A program made the translations under genes and the position numbers. A stretch of DNA of 64,000 nt from Armatimonadota bacterium (lineage in GTDB: Bacteria; Armatimonadota; Armatimonadia; Armatimonadales; Armatimonadaceae), in NCBI GenBank assembly GCA_043754515.1, contig JAYUUO010000150.1, positions 40,904 through 104,903 on the forward strand, read 5' to 3'. Below, in pieces: positions 19,283 through 28,420 of this stretch (position 1 is its first letter; each line of letters starts with the position of its first letter). The notes under the pieces were generated by a model that did not search any database, was not told where the DNA came from, and saw nothing but the letters and a program-made list of their open reading frames with translations.

Positions 19283-19786
19283 CTATAGTTTATCATGGCT
19301 TGGGGGGATGTCCGCCACGCGCGGGCGGACGAGGAGCCGGGTCATCAGCGCACCTACACCCGCGCCCAGCAACAGTCCGCCGAATACGTCCCCCGTCTCG
19401 TGGTAACGCAGATACACCAGAGCAAACATCATAAGCGCGGTAGCGGGGACGGCTAGCAGGAGCCATGGTTTGCCGCGGTACGCCACGATGACCGCGGACG
19501 CGGACGCGGCGAAGGTAGTGTGCCCGGAAGGGAACCCGGAATGCCCCTGCCAAACAACATACCTCTTACCTACTTCGGCGAATACCACGGGTACCGCGAT
19601 AGCGACGCAACCGACCGCGCAGAGCCATAGGGCGCGGCGGAGCGAGGCCGCGCGGGTCGCGGGCGTCGCCGATGACAGTGCCGACAGTACCCCCATCAAT
19701 ATTACGACAAACAACACCGGGTTGATCCCGTTCACCAGCATGTCCATGACACCATGTATGGTCTGAACGTCCAGCAGATTGATCAC
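19283..19786 (-). CDS. PAP2-family membrane phosphatase
   Basis: FPSGHT and H...DV.GG motifs, several TM helices. Confidence 0.75.
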   Translation of the reverse strand: MINLLDVQTIHGVMDMLVNGINPVLFVVILMGVLSALSSATPATRAASLRRALWLCAVGCVAIAVPVVFAEVGKRYVVWQGHSGFPSGHTTFAASASAVIVAYRGKPWLLLAVPATALMMFALVYLRYHETGDVFGGLLLGAGVGALMTRLLVRPRVADIPPSHDKL

Positions 19787-20310
19787 GCGCCAACCACTTT
19801 CGGGCGTTCGCGAAATCCGTGCCGCTCGTAGAGCACGACGGCGGTAATTCGTCCCGACGAGGTGATGAGAAACGTCTCCTGGTGGCCGAGGTCGCGCAGG
19901 CGATGCAGGGAGTGCAGAAACAGTGCTTTACCGATGCCGCGGCCCTGGTACGCGGGTAGCACCGCCAGCCAGTGGACGCGCCCCCACCCCGCGAGCGCGG
20001 GGTGGCCTTTGCTCGGTGTCTCCTCGCTCCAAGCCGTCACTGTACCGACCGTGGTGCCCGTCGCCTCGTCCACGGCGAAGTACACCCGCGCGGCCAGCAG
20101 TGCCTCGTCATTACCGAGCGAGTCGCGGAACACGGAGTCGGCGATCTCGTCGAACGGCTCGGCTTCGCGCCAAATGTGCGTCCAAACAGATTCGTCGCCG
20201 GTCTGGTATGCGCTTAAGGCGACGCCGACCGGAAGACCGGCGGGCGGTAGGCCGTTCAGATCGGGGCGTTCCAGTACCAGGGAGCGGTTCGCGGGATTTT
20301 CGGGGGCCAT
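19783..20310 (-). CDS. GNAT-family N-acetyltransferase
   Basis: VHWLAVLPAYQGRGIGKAL, AVVLYERHGF. Confidence 0.88.
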   Translation of the reverse strand: MAPENPANRSLVLERPDLNGLPPAGLPVGVALSAYQTGDESVWTHIWREAEPFDEIADSVFRDSLGNDEALLAARVYFAVDEATGTTVGTVTAWSEETPSKGHPALAGWGRVHWLAVLPAYQGRGIGKALFLHSLHRLRDLGHQETFLITSSGRITAVVLYERHGFRERPKVVGA

Positions 20311-20372
20311 ATGTTGTGGTTACGTGCTCACCGGGCGGGCGGTTCCGTAGCCGCCCGCCCCGGCCACCCCGG

Positions 20373-21869
20373 CTAGCCGTAGATCGCCCGGAACTTAGTG
20401 TTCAGATAGCGCAGGTACGAGCGCGACTGCGCGGGTTCCCCGCAGACCCGCTCGACCAGTTCGGCGGGGAAGTAGCGGCGGCCCGGCGCGTGGACGTTCT
20501 CGCGGAGCCAGAGGAGGAGCGAGTCGAACTCGCCCCGCTCCAGGTCGGTCGCGATGTTCGGGTGATCACCGGTCGCCTTATCGTACAGTTGCGACGAGAG
20601 CATAGTACCCAGCGCGTAGGTCGGGAAGTAGCCGAACAGAGCCGCCGACCAGTGGACGTCCTGCAAACAGCCGTTCGCGTCCGAATCCGGCGCGATCCCG
20701 AGATACTCCTCCATCAGTGTGTTCCACGCGCCGGGAACGTCCTTAACCGCGAGTTCCCCCGCGACCATCCGCTTCTCGATCTCGAAGCGTAGCATGATGT
20801 GTAAACAGTAGGTAGCCTCATCCGCTTCGACCCGTATATAGGACGGCTCCACCTTGTTGATCGCGCGATAAAATGCGTCCACGGAAACGTCGTCCAGCGT
20901 GCCGGGGAACGCCTTCCGCAGGTCGCCGTAGTAGACGTCCCAGAACACGCGGGAGCGGCCAACCAAATTTTCCCAGAGCCGGGATTGTGACTCGTGGATG
21001 CCGAGCGACGCCGGGCCGGAAAGCGGGGTGAAGTCGTCCTTCATCTGGAAGCCCTGTTCGTAGAGCGCGTGCCCGGTCTCGTGGATCGTGCCCATCAGCG
21101 CGGCGGGTAGCCAGTCGGCCTCGAAGCGTGTCGTGATGCGCACGTCATCTTTGCCGAACGAGGTGCAGAACGGGTGTACAGCCTTGTCCTGCCGCCCGCG
21201 CCTGAAGTCGAACCCCATCTTTTTGATGATCGCCTCGCCGAAGGCGAGTTGACCGGCTTCGGGGAAGCCGCGTCGGAGGGGGGAGTCGTCCTGTTGTGGG
21301 CAGCTCTTGATGTGACGTACCAACTCGACAAGTCCCGCGCGCAGTTCGCCGAAGACACGGTCTACCTCCGCCGTGGTCATCCCCGGCTCGTATTGATCCA
21401 GCAGGGCGTCGTACGGGTGGGTGACGTAGCCCAGATAATCCGCCTTGCGCCGCGAAAGTTCGAGTAGTTTCTCCAGGGTCGGGGCGAAATGGGCGAAGTC
21501 ATTTTCGGCTCGCGCCTTCACCCACACCTCATGCCCCAGCGTCTCGGCTTTGGCTAGTTCGGCGACGAGGCTGGACGGGATTTTCACGGCGAGATCGTAG
21601 TCGCGGCGCACCGCGCGGAGCGTGAGACGCTCGTCAGAGTCCGTGCCTAGGTCCCTCGCTTCCGCCTCGGCGGCGGCAAGCAGAGTGCCGGTTTCGGTCG
21701 CGGTGAATCGCTCGTGCGCAATGGTGCCTAGGACGGCGAGTTGCTCGGCCCGTTCCGCCGTGCCCCCGGTGGGCATGTAGCACTGCTGATCCCACCCGAG
21801 GACGGCGGCGGCACTGGCGATGTGGCCAATCTCTTTGCAACGGGCCATCAATTTATCGTAGTTTTCCAT
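20373..21869 (-). CDS. Carboxypeptidase, peptidase family M32
   Basis: HPFC, DVRITTR, HETGH, HESQSRLWEN, GCLQDVHW, GYFPTY. Confidence 0.95.
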   Translation of the reverse strand: MENYDKLMARCKEIGHIASAAAVLGWDQQCYMPTGGTAERAEQLAVLGTIAHERFTATETGTLLAAAEAEARDLGTDSDERLTLRAVRRDYDLAVKIPSSLVAELAKAETLGHEVWVKARAENDFAHFAPTLEKLLELSRRKADYLGYVTHPYDALLDQYEPGMTTAEVDRVFGELRAGLVELVRHIKSCPQQDDSPLRRGFPEAGQLAFGEAIIKKMGFDFRRGRQDKAVHPFCTSFGKDDVRITTRFEADWLPAALMGTIHETGHALYEQGFQMKDDFTPLSGPASLGIHESQSRLWENLVGRSRVFWDVYYGDLRKAFPGTLDDVSVDAFYRAINKVEPSYIRVEADEATYCLHIMLRFEIEKRMVAGELAVKDVPGAWNTLMEEYLGIAPDSDANGCLQDVHWSAALFGYFPTYALGTMLSSQLYDKATGDHPNIATDLERGEFDSLLLWLRENVHAPGRRYFPAELVERVCGEPAQSRSYLRYLNTKFRAIYG

Positions 21870-22137
21870 GTGGCTATGGTATCATCGGGGGGCGGAAAAA
21901 AGCGTCGCGTGTTGCCAGTTAAAGATAATCAACCGATCCGACCGATCCGAGGTTTGATAAAGAGACGATGCGGGCAATAACATCTGTAAATGCCTCGATT
22001 AGAAGGCAACGCGCCTGACGAATCCTCTTTCCCCGTGCTTACCTACGACCGACTGTAAATGTTTAGATAAAGGATGGCAGTGCTTGTCAGCACCAATCGC
22101 TCGAACTAGCGACACCGCCGACGGCGGTGGCGGTTTC

Positions 22138-23451
22138 ATGTCCGGCGCGCCCGATAGTATCGGATCCCCCGCGCCGGGCGACATAGGCAGTGCTCTGCTA
22201 AACTGGCTCAGTGAGCCGGACGGCCCGTCCCGCTGGCGCGGTCTGTGGGGCGAATGGCGACCAGCGGATGGTGACGAGGAGGCCGTCGCGCTCGCGGCGG
22301 AGGGATCGGCACGCCACGAATTGCTCGACGTCCTGACCGCGATTACCGCCGAGTCCGACCAGCGGCTCGCCCTCGCCCTCTGGTACATCCGCGCCCGCGC
22401 CGGTTGGAACATGATGAACCTCCAAACGGGGTACGAGGCGAACGCGGGCTTCTGGAACCTCCCGGCGATCTATGGGCTGTCCGCGCTTTCTACCCTGATC
22501 GGTTCCATCGAGCCGTTGCTCCCCACGGCGTTCCGAAACATCACGCAGGACTTATGGGCGCAAGCCACGGTGCAGGCGGTGACGCCGGAGCAGATCGCTC
22601 CCCAGGAGTCGGACGAACTCGCGACCGCGCTACCGGTCGGCACCAACTTCGGCGTGCATGGCGAGAATGACGCCCTGCGCGACCGGCTCCAGCAGTTGCG
22701 GCAACTGCTTAACGAACGCGACCGCGAACGTTCCCTGCTCGCGGCGGAGGTTGGCGCGACCGTGGTCGCCGACGCTACGGAAGCTGCCCGCCAGAAGTTG
22801 CGCCGCCTCAACAGCCGCGTTGCGGAGCAGGCCCGCGAGATCGCCCAGTTGCGCATGGAGCGCGACGAGATTGTCGGGCATCTGCCCGGACGCGAACCGG
22901 CGACCGACGCCGCCGAGAAGATACGCGCCCTGACTCAATCGGTGCGGCAGCTCGAAGGCAGACTCGCTGTGCGGGAGTCGGACCGCCGCTCTTTCGAGAA
23001 AGAACTCGGCACCTCCAGCGCGGAGGACATACTAGCCTACGTTCAGGAGTTGCAGAGTAAGGAGGCGAAACTACGGAACCGCGTTTCCTTGCTACAAACG
23101 AACGGACTGTTTCTGTTGCGGGAACTCGGCGGGGACGACACTGATCCCGGCGCGGTCAGCACCGACGACGGCTGGTTTTGGATGGCCTCCGAGCGGGCGC
23201 GCGCGTTGAAAGAAGCGGTGGCGGACCGCGCGGCGGATCTGGCGTGGCTCCGGGCACAGTGGGAGCGGGTGGGTCTGGAGACGGGAACCGCCGACCCCAA
23301 CATCGCCGCCGACCGGATCCGCGCCCTGAACATGGAGCTACGTCGCGTGCAATCCGAAGTGGAGGAGGTGTTCGGTAAGAGTGCGTTCGACGAGTCGAAC
23401 GCGTCGCCGTTGCCGCCGCTTCCCCCATCACTCTTCGGGCGCAGACCTTAA
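22138..23451 (+). CDS. Uncharacterised coiled-coil protein (first gene of putative PYP operon)
   Basis: Long ORF with heptad-rich C-terminal two-thirds; start uncertain (22084 or 22138). Confidence 0.7.
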   Translation: MSGAPDSIGSPAPGDIGSALLNWLSEPDGPSRWRGLWGEWRPADGDEEAVALAAEGSARHELLDVLTAITAESDQRLALALWYIRARAGWNMMNLQTGYEANAGFWNLPAIYGLSALSTLIGSIEPLLPTAFRNITQDLWAQATVQAVTPEQIAPQESDELATALPVGTNFGVHGENDALRDRLQQLRQLLNERDRERSLLAAEVGATVVADATEAARQKLRRLNSRVAEQAREIAQLRMERDEIVGHLPGREPATDAAEKIRALTQSVRQLEGRLAVRESDRRSFEKELGTSSAEDILAYVQELQSKEAKLRNRVSLLQTNGLFLLRELGGDDTDPGAVSTDDGWFWMASERARALKEAVADRAADLAWLRAQWERVGLETGTADPNIAADRIRALNMELRRVQSEVEEVFGKSAFDESNASPLPPLPPSLFGRRP

Positions 23452-23492
23452 TCGGCTCGCCTGATCTACTACCTTGAAGGGAACTAACTATC

Positions 23493-24188
23493 ATGTTCGC
23501 GGGTTTATCCGGAGCATCACGCCAGCAACAGGAACACGAGCGGAGTGTCGCCACCAAAGTGCTGGAAAGCATGGAGGGCCAACTGATCGCCGTCTACGCC
23601 GAGAAGGAGTTGTTACACAACGAGATCGGCGTCAGCGAGGCGACGGAAATCATCGCGCTCGTGAACGCTCTCGTGGAGCGGGTGCGGCAACACGAGCCGG
23701 ACTTCGACTACCAGGGCGGCGGGGACGCGGGAGGGACGGACGCCGTTGGAGAAACAGCGGAAAGCGACCTGCCGGAAGGCGTGGACGGGTTCAAGGATCT
23801 GTCGCACCGCGTCCGCATCCTCACCGGGACTATCAACAGCATGGAGGCGCAACTGATTGACGTTTACGCGGATCGGGAATTACTCTACCGTGAGGGCGGG
23901 ATCAAGCAGACGCAGGATGTGTTGACCCGGCTACGCGAGAACGAGAAGTTGCGCGCCCAGGTGTCCGTGATGGAGGATCAGGTCGCCGCCCTTTACGCAC
24001 AGCGTCACGCGCTCACGCAGGGGCTAGGCAGGAGCGACGCCGGTGAAATCGTGGCTATCGTCCGCGCGATAACCGACGCGCTCGAAACCGCGCAACACGC
24101 CGCGGCAAGGCTGGTGCCCGCCCCCCGCGAGTCGGCGGGAACGCCGCCCGACGACGTCCACGCCACAGTCGCGGACGAGGTGAACTAG
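23493..24188 (+). CDS. Uncharacterised helical repeat protein (3 x ME.Q...YA.[KR]..L unit)
   Basis: SMEGQLIAVYAEKELL / SMEAQLIDVYADRELL / VMEDQVAALYAQRHAL; SD-like AAGGGA. Confidence 0.75.
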   Translation: MFAGLSGASRQQQEHERSVATKVLESMEGQLIAVYAEKELLHNEIGVSEATEIIALVNALVERVRQHEPDFDYQGGGDAGGTDAVGETAESDLPEGVDGFKDLSHRVRILTGTINSMEAQLIDVYADRELLYREGGIKQTQDVLTRLRENEKLRAQVSVMEDQVAALYAQRHALTQGLGRSDAGEIVAIVRAITDALETAQHAAARLVPAPRESAGTPPDDVHATVADEVN

Positions 24189-24203
24189 AAACGAGAATCG
24201 CAT

Positions 24204-24641
24204 ATGTTTAACTTGAAACGAAACACGAACACCCCGATGGGGACGCTGGGCGCGACACCTGGGGTCCTCCCGGCCAATACGATGGCGCGCCTGTCGCAAA
24301 TGTCGCGCGGCGAACTAGACTCCCTATCGGTTGGGGTAATTCAGGTGGACGACGCCGGGGTTATTCTGCGCTATAACAAGACGGAGAGCGAACTCGCCGG
24401 ATTTCGCGCCGAGGATGTCGAGGGTAAGAACCTGTTCTTCGAACTCGCGCCCTGTATGAATAACGGCTTGGTATATGGCAAGTTCCGGTCGGGCGTTGAT
24501 GCTAACAGTTTGGATCAGGAGTTGGTATACGCGCTTACCTACCGCATGCGTCCGGTGCTGACGCAGATCCGCCTGTGGCGTGACATCCAAACCACGACCA
24601 ACTGGATTTTGCTACAACGCATCGGCACGTCCAGCAAATAG
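24204..24641 (+). CDS. pyp: Photoactive yellow protein (PYP) homologue, PAS-fold blue-light receptor
   Basis: Gap-free alignment to recalled Halorhodospira halophila PYP with offset 15: Y57=Y42, E61=E46, GKNLF..LAPC84=C69, YGKF, Y113-R-M115=Y98-x-M100, W134=W119. Confidence 0.9.
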   Translation: MFNLKRNTNTPMGTLGATPGVLPANTMARLSQMSRGELDSLSVGVIQVDDAGVILRYNKTESELAGFRAEDVEGKNLFFELAPCMNNGLVYGKFRSGVDANSLDQELVYALTYRMRPVLTQIRLWRDIQTTTNWILLQRIGTSSK

Positions 24642-24644
24642 CGG

Positions 24645-25850
24645 CTACCGCGTTACGAACCGCCCTGGATTCAGCGAGTCGCCCGGATCCAGGGCGGTTT
24701 TTACGCGGCGCATGAGCGGCAGGGATGCTGCCTTGGGGAACCATACGCACTCGTCTTTGCCACGGTGCCATAGCGGCGCATGAACCATCGTGTAGCCGGT
24801 GAGGGAAGAACGGGCTCGCGTGCTTATTAGCTCTATCATTCCGCTCATCGCCGCCGCGACTCCGTCACTCCACTCCGGGAAGTACGCCTGCGTGGCCCCC
24901 GTGCCATACCATGTCTCTATGACCGTGCCCACCTCGGCAAGCATCGCGGACATTGTACAGAGTGCCCCCCATTGTTCGTCTACAGGCCCGACCGCGCGGA
25001 ATACCACGGCTCCATGCGGGGAATCGTGCGCAGTCAGTTCCTCAATTATGGAAACCGCATGCCGGGACGTAACGCTTGCGCGGGCTAGCCCGGCGCACTT
25101 CTCCGCCTCCGACACGACGGCTTCGGCGAACCCGTTGAAGTGCGCGACGAAGTAGGTTCCCGTCTCGTCCCGGCGCCCGTAGAAGCGGGTGGGCGAGACC
25201 GCGTTCAGGGTATCGCGGATGAATCCGCTGATACTGGCCGCGTTGTCATCTCCAGGACGTACCAGCACCGTGCGCTCCGCCTCCGGTAGCGGCGCGACTT
25301 TGAATGTCGCCTCCGCGAGAACCCCGAGGGTGCCTAGCGCGCCGATGTGCAACTTAGGGATGTCGTAGCCGGTGACGTTTTTGACGACTTTGCCGCCGCC
25401 CTTGACCAGTTTTCCCTCCGCGTTTACGAACGACAGACCGATCAGCCAGTCCCGCGCGGTGCCGTAGCCGAGCCGGGACGCCGTGAATGCGTTGGCGGCG
25501 AGTACGCCGCCGACGGTCGCCTCGGCGGGGCGAGGGGGATCGAGCGGAAGAAACAGGCCGTGCGGGCGTAAGGCGTCTTGCACGGCGGCGATGGTTACCC
25601 CCGCCTCGACTGTGATCGTTAGGTCGCCCGGCTCTATCGCGACGACGCGGTTTAGCCCGCCTGTCTCGATCAGGGTGAACGCGCCGGGGCGGGGCGGGTA
25701 GCCGTAGTCCTGCCCGGTACCGCCGCCATTCGGCACGACGCGGTGCCCCGCTTCGACAGCCTCAAAAACCGCGTCGGCTAGTTCCGCGATGGTTTGCGGC
25801 GAGGCGACGCGGGTCGGTTCCGCGCCCAGCGTCTCGGTGTAGTTCGTCAT
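24645..25850 (-). CDS. FAD-binding oxidoreductase (GlcE/glycolate oxidase FAD subunit-like)
   Basis: DLTITVEAG, ATVGG, GGKVVKNVTGYD, GALGTLGV, LDP...LNPGR. Confidence 0.88.
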   Translation of the reverse strand: MTNYTETLGAEPTRVASPQTIAELADAVFEAVEAGHRVVPNGGGTGQDYGYPPRPGAFTLIETGGLNRVVAIEPGDLTITVEAGVTIAAVQDALRPHGLFLPLDPPRPAEATVGGVLAANAFTASRLGYGTARDWLIGLSFVNAEGKLVKGGGKVVKNVTGYDIPKLHIGALGTLGVLAEATFKVAPLPEAERTVLVRPGDDNAASISGFIRDTLNAVSPTRFYGRRDETGTYFVAHFNGFAEAVVSEAEKCAGLARASVTSRHAVSIIEELTAHDSPHGAVVFRAVGPVDEQWGALCTMSAMLAEVGTVIETWYGTGATQAYFPEWSDGVAAAMSGMIELISTRARSSLTGYTMVHAPLWHRGKDECVWFPKAASLPLMRRVKTALDPGDSLNPGRFVTR

Positions 25851-25904
25851 ACGGGGCATTGTGCGACGCGGCGGGGCTAAAATCCTGCTCTCGGCGCGGT
25901 CGGA

Positions 25905-26762
25905 CTACGGCGTTAAGGCGCGGACTAGTTCGGCGGCGGGTAGGAGGGAGCGCATCCGCCCTATACCGAGACCAGCGAACAGCGATGCGTTATCTTCGTC
26001 ACTGTGTGTCATCAGGCGGCGGCGTGGTGAGCAGGGCCAGTACCCCCTCTGCCGCAGGTCGAGCGTCAGGTGCTCTAGCCGCGCCCGCAGGAGCCGCGAT
26101 TTATCACGGGGGGCGGCGTTCGACTCCTCGGAGAGCAGGAAGCGGGTGCCGAAGACGGCGGCATCCGCCCCCGCGGCGAGCGCGGCGCGGGTGTCGGTCG
26201 CGTCCGCGAACCCGCCCCCCGCGAGGATCGGTAGTGCCGCGCCGAACCCGGCGCGTAATTCCCGCACCAGATCCAGAATCGGGTGCGGGGAGCGCACCTG
26301 CCCCCCGGCCTCCGTGCCCTGCGCGACCAGTACGTCCGCCCCGCTCTCCACCGCCTCGCGCGCCTGTCCGATCGTCCCGACCTGCCAGAACACTGTGCCG
26401 CCCGCCTTCTTGACGCGTGGGGCGAGCCGCGAGCCGTTCCACCAGAAGACGTGTATTATCGGGAAGCCCAGGGCGAAAGCCGTGTCCAGAACCGCGTCGC
26501 GATCCCATTCGGCGGTGAGCGCGAGTACAACTGGTCGGGGCGTCACGGCGCGGATGCGCAGTAACTGCCGCCGGAGGGCACCGGCATCTGGGTTGCGCGT
26601 TGATAGCGTGCCCAGCCCACCCGCTCGCGAGACAGCGGCGGCGAGACGTGGCCCGTCACAGACACCGATTGGTGCCTGCATAACTGGAATTATGAGTCGT
26701 AATCCGGGCGACAGCGTGGTCGCCCTGTTAAGCGTCTTAGATGGTCGGGAAGGTCTCACCAA
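25905..26762 (-). CDS. Nitronate monooxygenase-family flavoprotein
   Basis: PVMQAP, AGGLGTL, VAQGTEAGG, ILAGGG, FGTRF; start uncertain. Confidence 0.82.
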   Translation of the reverse strand: MVRPSRPSKTLNRATTLSPGLRLIIPVMQAPIGVCDGPRLAAAVSRAGGLGTLSTRNPDAGALRRQLLRIRAVTPRPVVLALTAEWDRDAVLDTAFALGFPIIHVFWWNGSRLAPRVKKAGGTVFWQVGTIGQAREAVESGADVLVAQGTEAGGQVRSPHPILDLVRELRAGFGAALPILAGGGFADATDTRAALAAGADAAVFGTRFLLSEESNAAPRDKSRLLRARLEHLTLDLRQRGYWPCSPRRRLMTHSDEDNASLFAGLGIGRMRSLLPAAELVRALTP

Positions 26763-26782
26763 AGTAGCATTCTCCGCACCTT

Positions 26783-27472
26783 CTATGGTGCCCCGGTATC
26801 ATTCATATCCACTTCTTTGCGGGGTGAATTAGAAGCGGAAGTTTTTAACGTGCGCTTGATGCTGTCGCGGGTGCGCTTCAAGCGTTGCTCCAGCCGCTTC
26901 GCGCGTTTCGTACCCAGCAAACTCCCTGCTTTTTTCGTGGTTCCGATGCCTTCCAGCCGCTCTGTAATGCCCTCGACCCGCTCGGTGAGCCGTTTGACGA
27001 CCCCGCCCCGCGTCTCGGGCGTGACTCGCCCTGGTAACTCGTCCGCGAGCCGCGCGAACCGCGAAAGCGTCTCGCTGAGTTTGGAGCCTTCCCCGGCGTG
27101 GCGCGACGCGTCGGCGATGGCGGCCCGCGCCCGGAGCGCGGCGCGTTCAAGACGCGTCGTTCGCGGAGCATCCTCCCCCGGCGCGAGCGACTCCTCCCCA
27201 CCGGGCGGCGGTGGCGTGTCCGTCTCGGGAGCATGGTCGGGCGCGGTACCCCGGTTTGGGGGATCTGCCGCCGTCGCCACGGATCGCGCCACCTGCTCCG
27301 CGAGGCTCAGGGGCATCCCGGTTATGGAGACGATCTGCTCCGCCGTTGCCCGCGCGAGTTCGGCGCGGGTGGTTATCCCCGCCTCCGAAAGCAGTCGGCG
27401 GCGTACCGGCCCGAGTCCCGACACCCCGGACAGGTCGCTCGTGGTCGGCTCGTTCATAGCTGATTCGCTCAT
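26783..27472 (-). CDS. Helix-hairpin-helix domain protein
   Basis: LSGVSGLGPVRRRLLSEAGITT..ELA N-terminal HhH; basic helical C-terminus. Confidence 0.65.
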   Translation of the reverse strand: MSESAMNEPTTSDLSGVSGLGPVRRRLLSEAGITTRAELARATAEQIVSITGMPLSLAEQVARSVATAADPPNRGTAPDHAPETDTPPPPGGEESLAPGEDAPRTTRLERAALRARAAIADASRHAGEGSKLSETLSRFARLADELPGRVTPETRGGVVKRLTERVEGITERLEGIGTTKKAGSLLGTKRAKRLEQRLKRTRDSIKRTLKTSASNSPRKEVDMNDTGAP

Positions 27473-27606
27473 ACCCTGATGTTCTCATAAACTTCGCCAC
27501 TTCGCACGGAAATGGGGGCAGTCGGGAAAGAAAATGCCTTCCGAGCCGGGTGTAGAGCCGACATCGTGCCAGTTTCGCGCGAACAGGGTGAGGTTCGCCG
27601 TTCTTT

Positions 27607-28219
27607 TCATGGCGCTTTTTTACTACCTGTCGCCGTCTCAACGTTTACTACGCGCGACGGCTTGGAGACAGTGGAGCCGGCATAGAGAATGGTCATAATG
27701 AGAAGGGCCAGAAGGAAGCCGCACATCAGTGACTGCCATTTCTTGCTCAACTGTGCTACTCTCTCCTCTTCCCGCTTCCTTAGCCCGGTCAAGCCTCCAC
27801 TGTGAGAGCAGAACGTCTATATCAGATAACTCCTCATGGAGACGGTGATCCACTTGGGGTGGCACGGGGGTCATTGCGGCAGAAGTAACGGGGGGACGCG
27901 CGGCGGCGGTATCCGCGTGGGGTTGCCGCGCCGGGGCTGAAGGGACAGGTGGATTTATCGCGGCTTCGGAGGAGAGTGATCGCGCCGTAACTTCAACGAA
28001 CCCCTGGTCTGGCGGGGGGGCGGCGACCTGACCGCCTCGGGTAACATCATCCGGTTCACCGACCTGCGCGGCGTTCCCGAACCGTCTGAGATATTCCCTA
28101 TGCTGACCGCTCGGCTCCGATGCGGGGCGTCGTCTGAACCGCCCGGTGTTCGCCCTGGAAGGTTTAGGGGTACCTCCCCCTCCGCCGTTGTTCGCGTTGT
28201 GTGAGGCAGTATTGTTCAT
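27607..28219 (-). pseudogene. Membrane-anchored hypothetical protein split by an apparent +1 frameshift (or sequencing error)
   Basis: SD AAGGAG and TATAAT upstream; deleting one C at 27771-27773 or 27784-27786 joins the Pro-rich ORF to EEERVAQLSKKWQ plus a TM helix. Confidence 0.55.
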
Positions 28220-28420
28220 AGTTCGTAAACTCCTTTTGTTGTGATGTAAGCTTCATTATAAATTCAGATGATATTTTTACTTGACGGTGCGTGGTCACTG
28301 ACGCTACCGCTCCGCGTTGAGGCGCGACCCGCCCCCGCTACCGCCACCATCCTGGCTGGCCACTGTCGTCCATGCCGCAGGCGATGCTGAGCCACCACCA
28401 CGGGGCACCGGAAGGCGCGA

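Noticed and set aside
24645..26762. FAD oxidoreductase and nitronate monooxygenase as PYP chromophore-pathway genes
   Set aside because: Opposite strand and neither resembles an ammonia-lyase or acyl-CoA ligase
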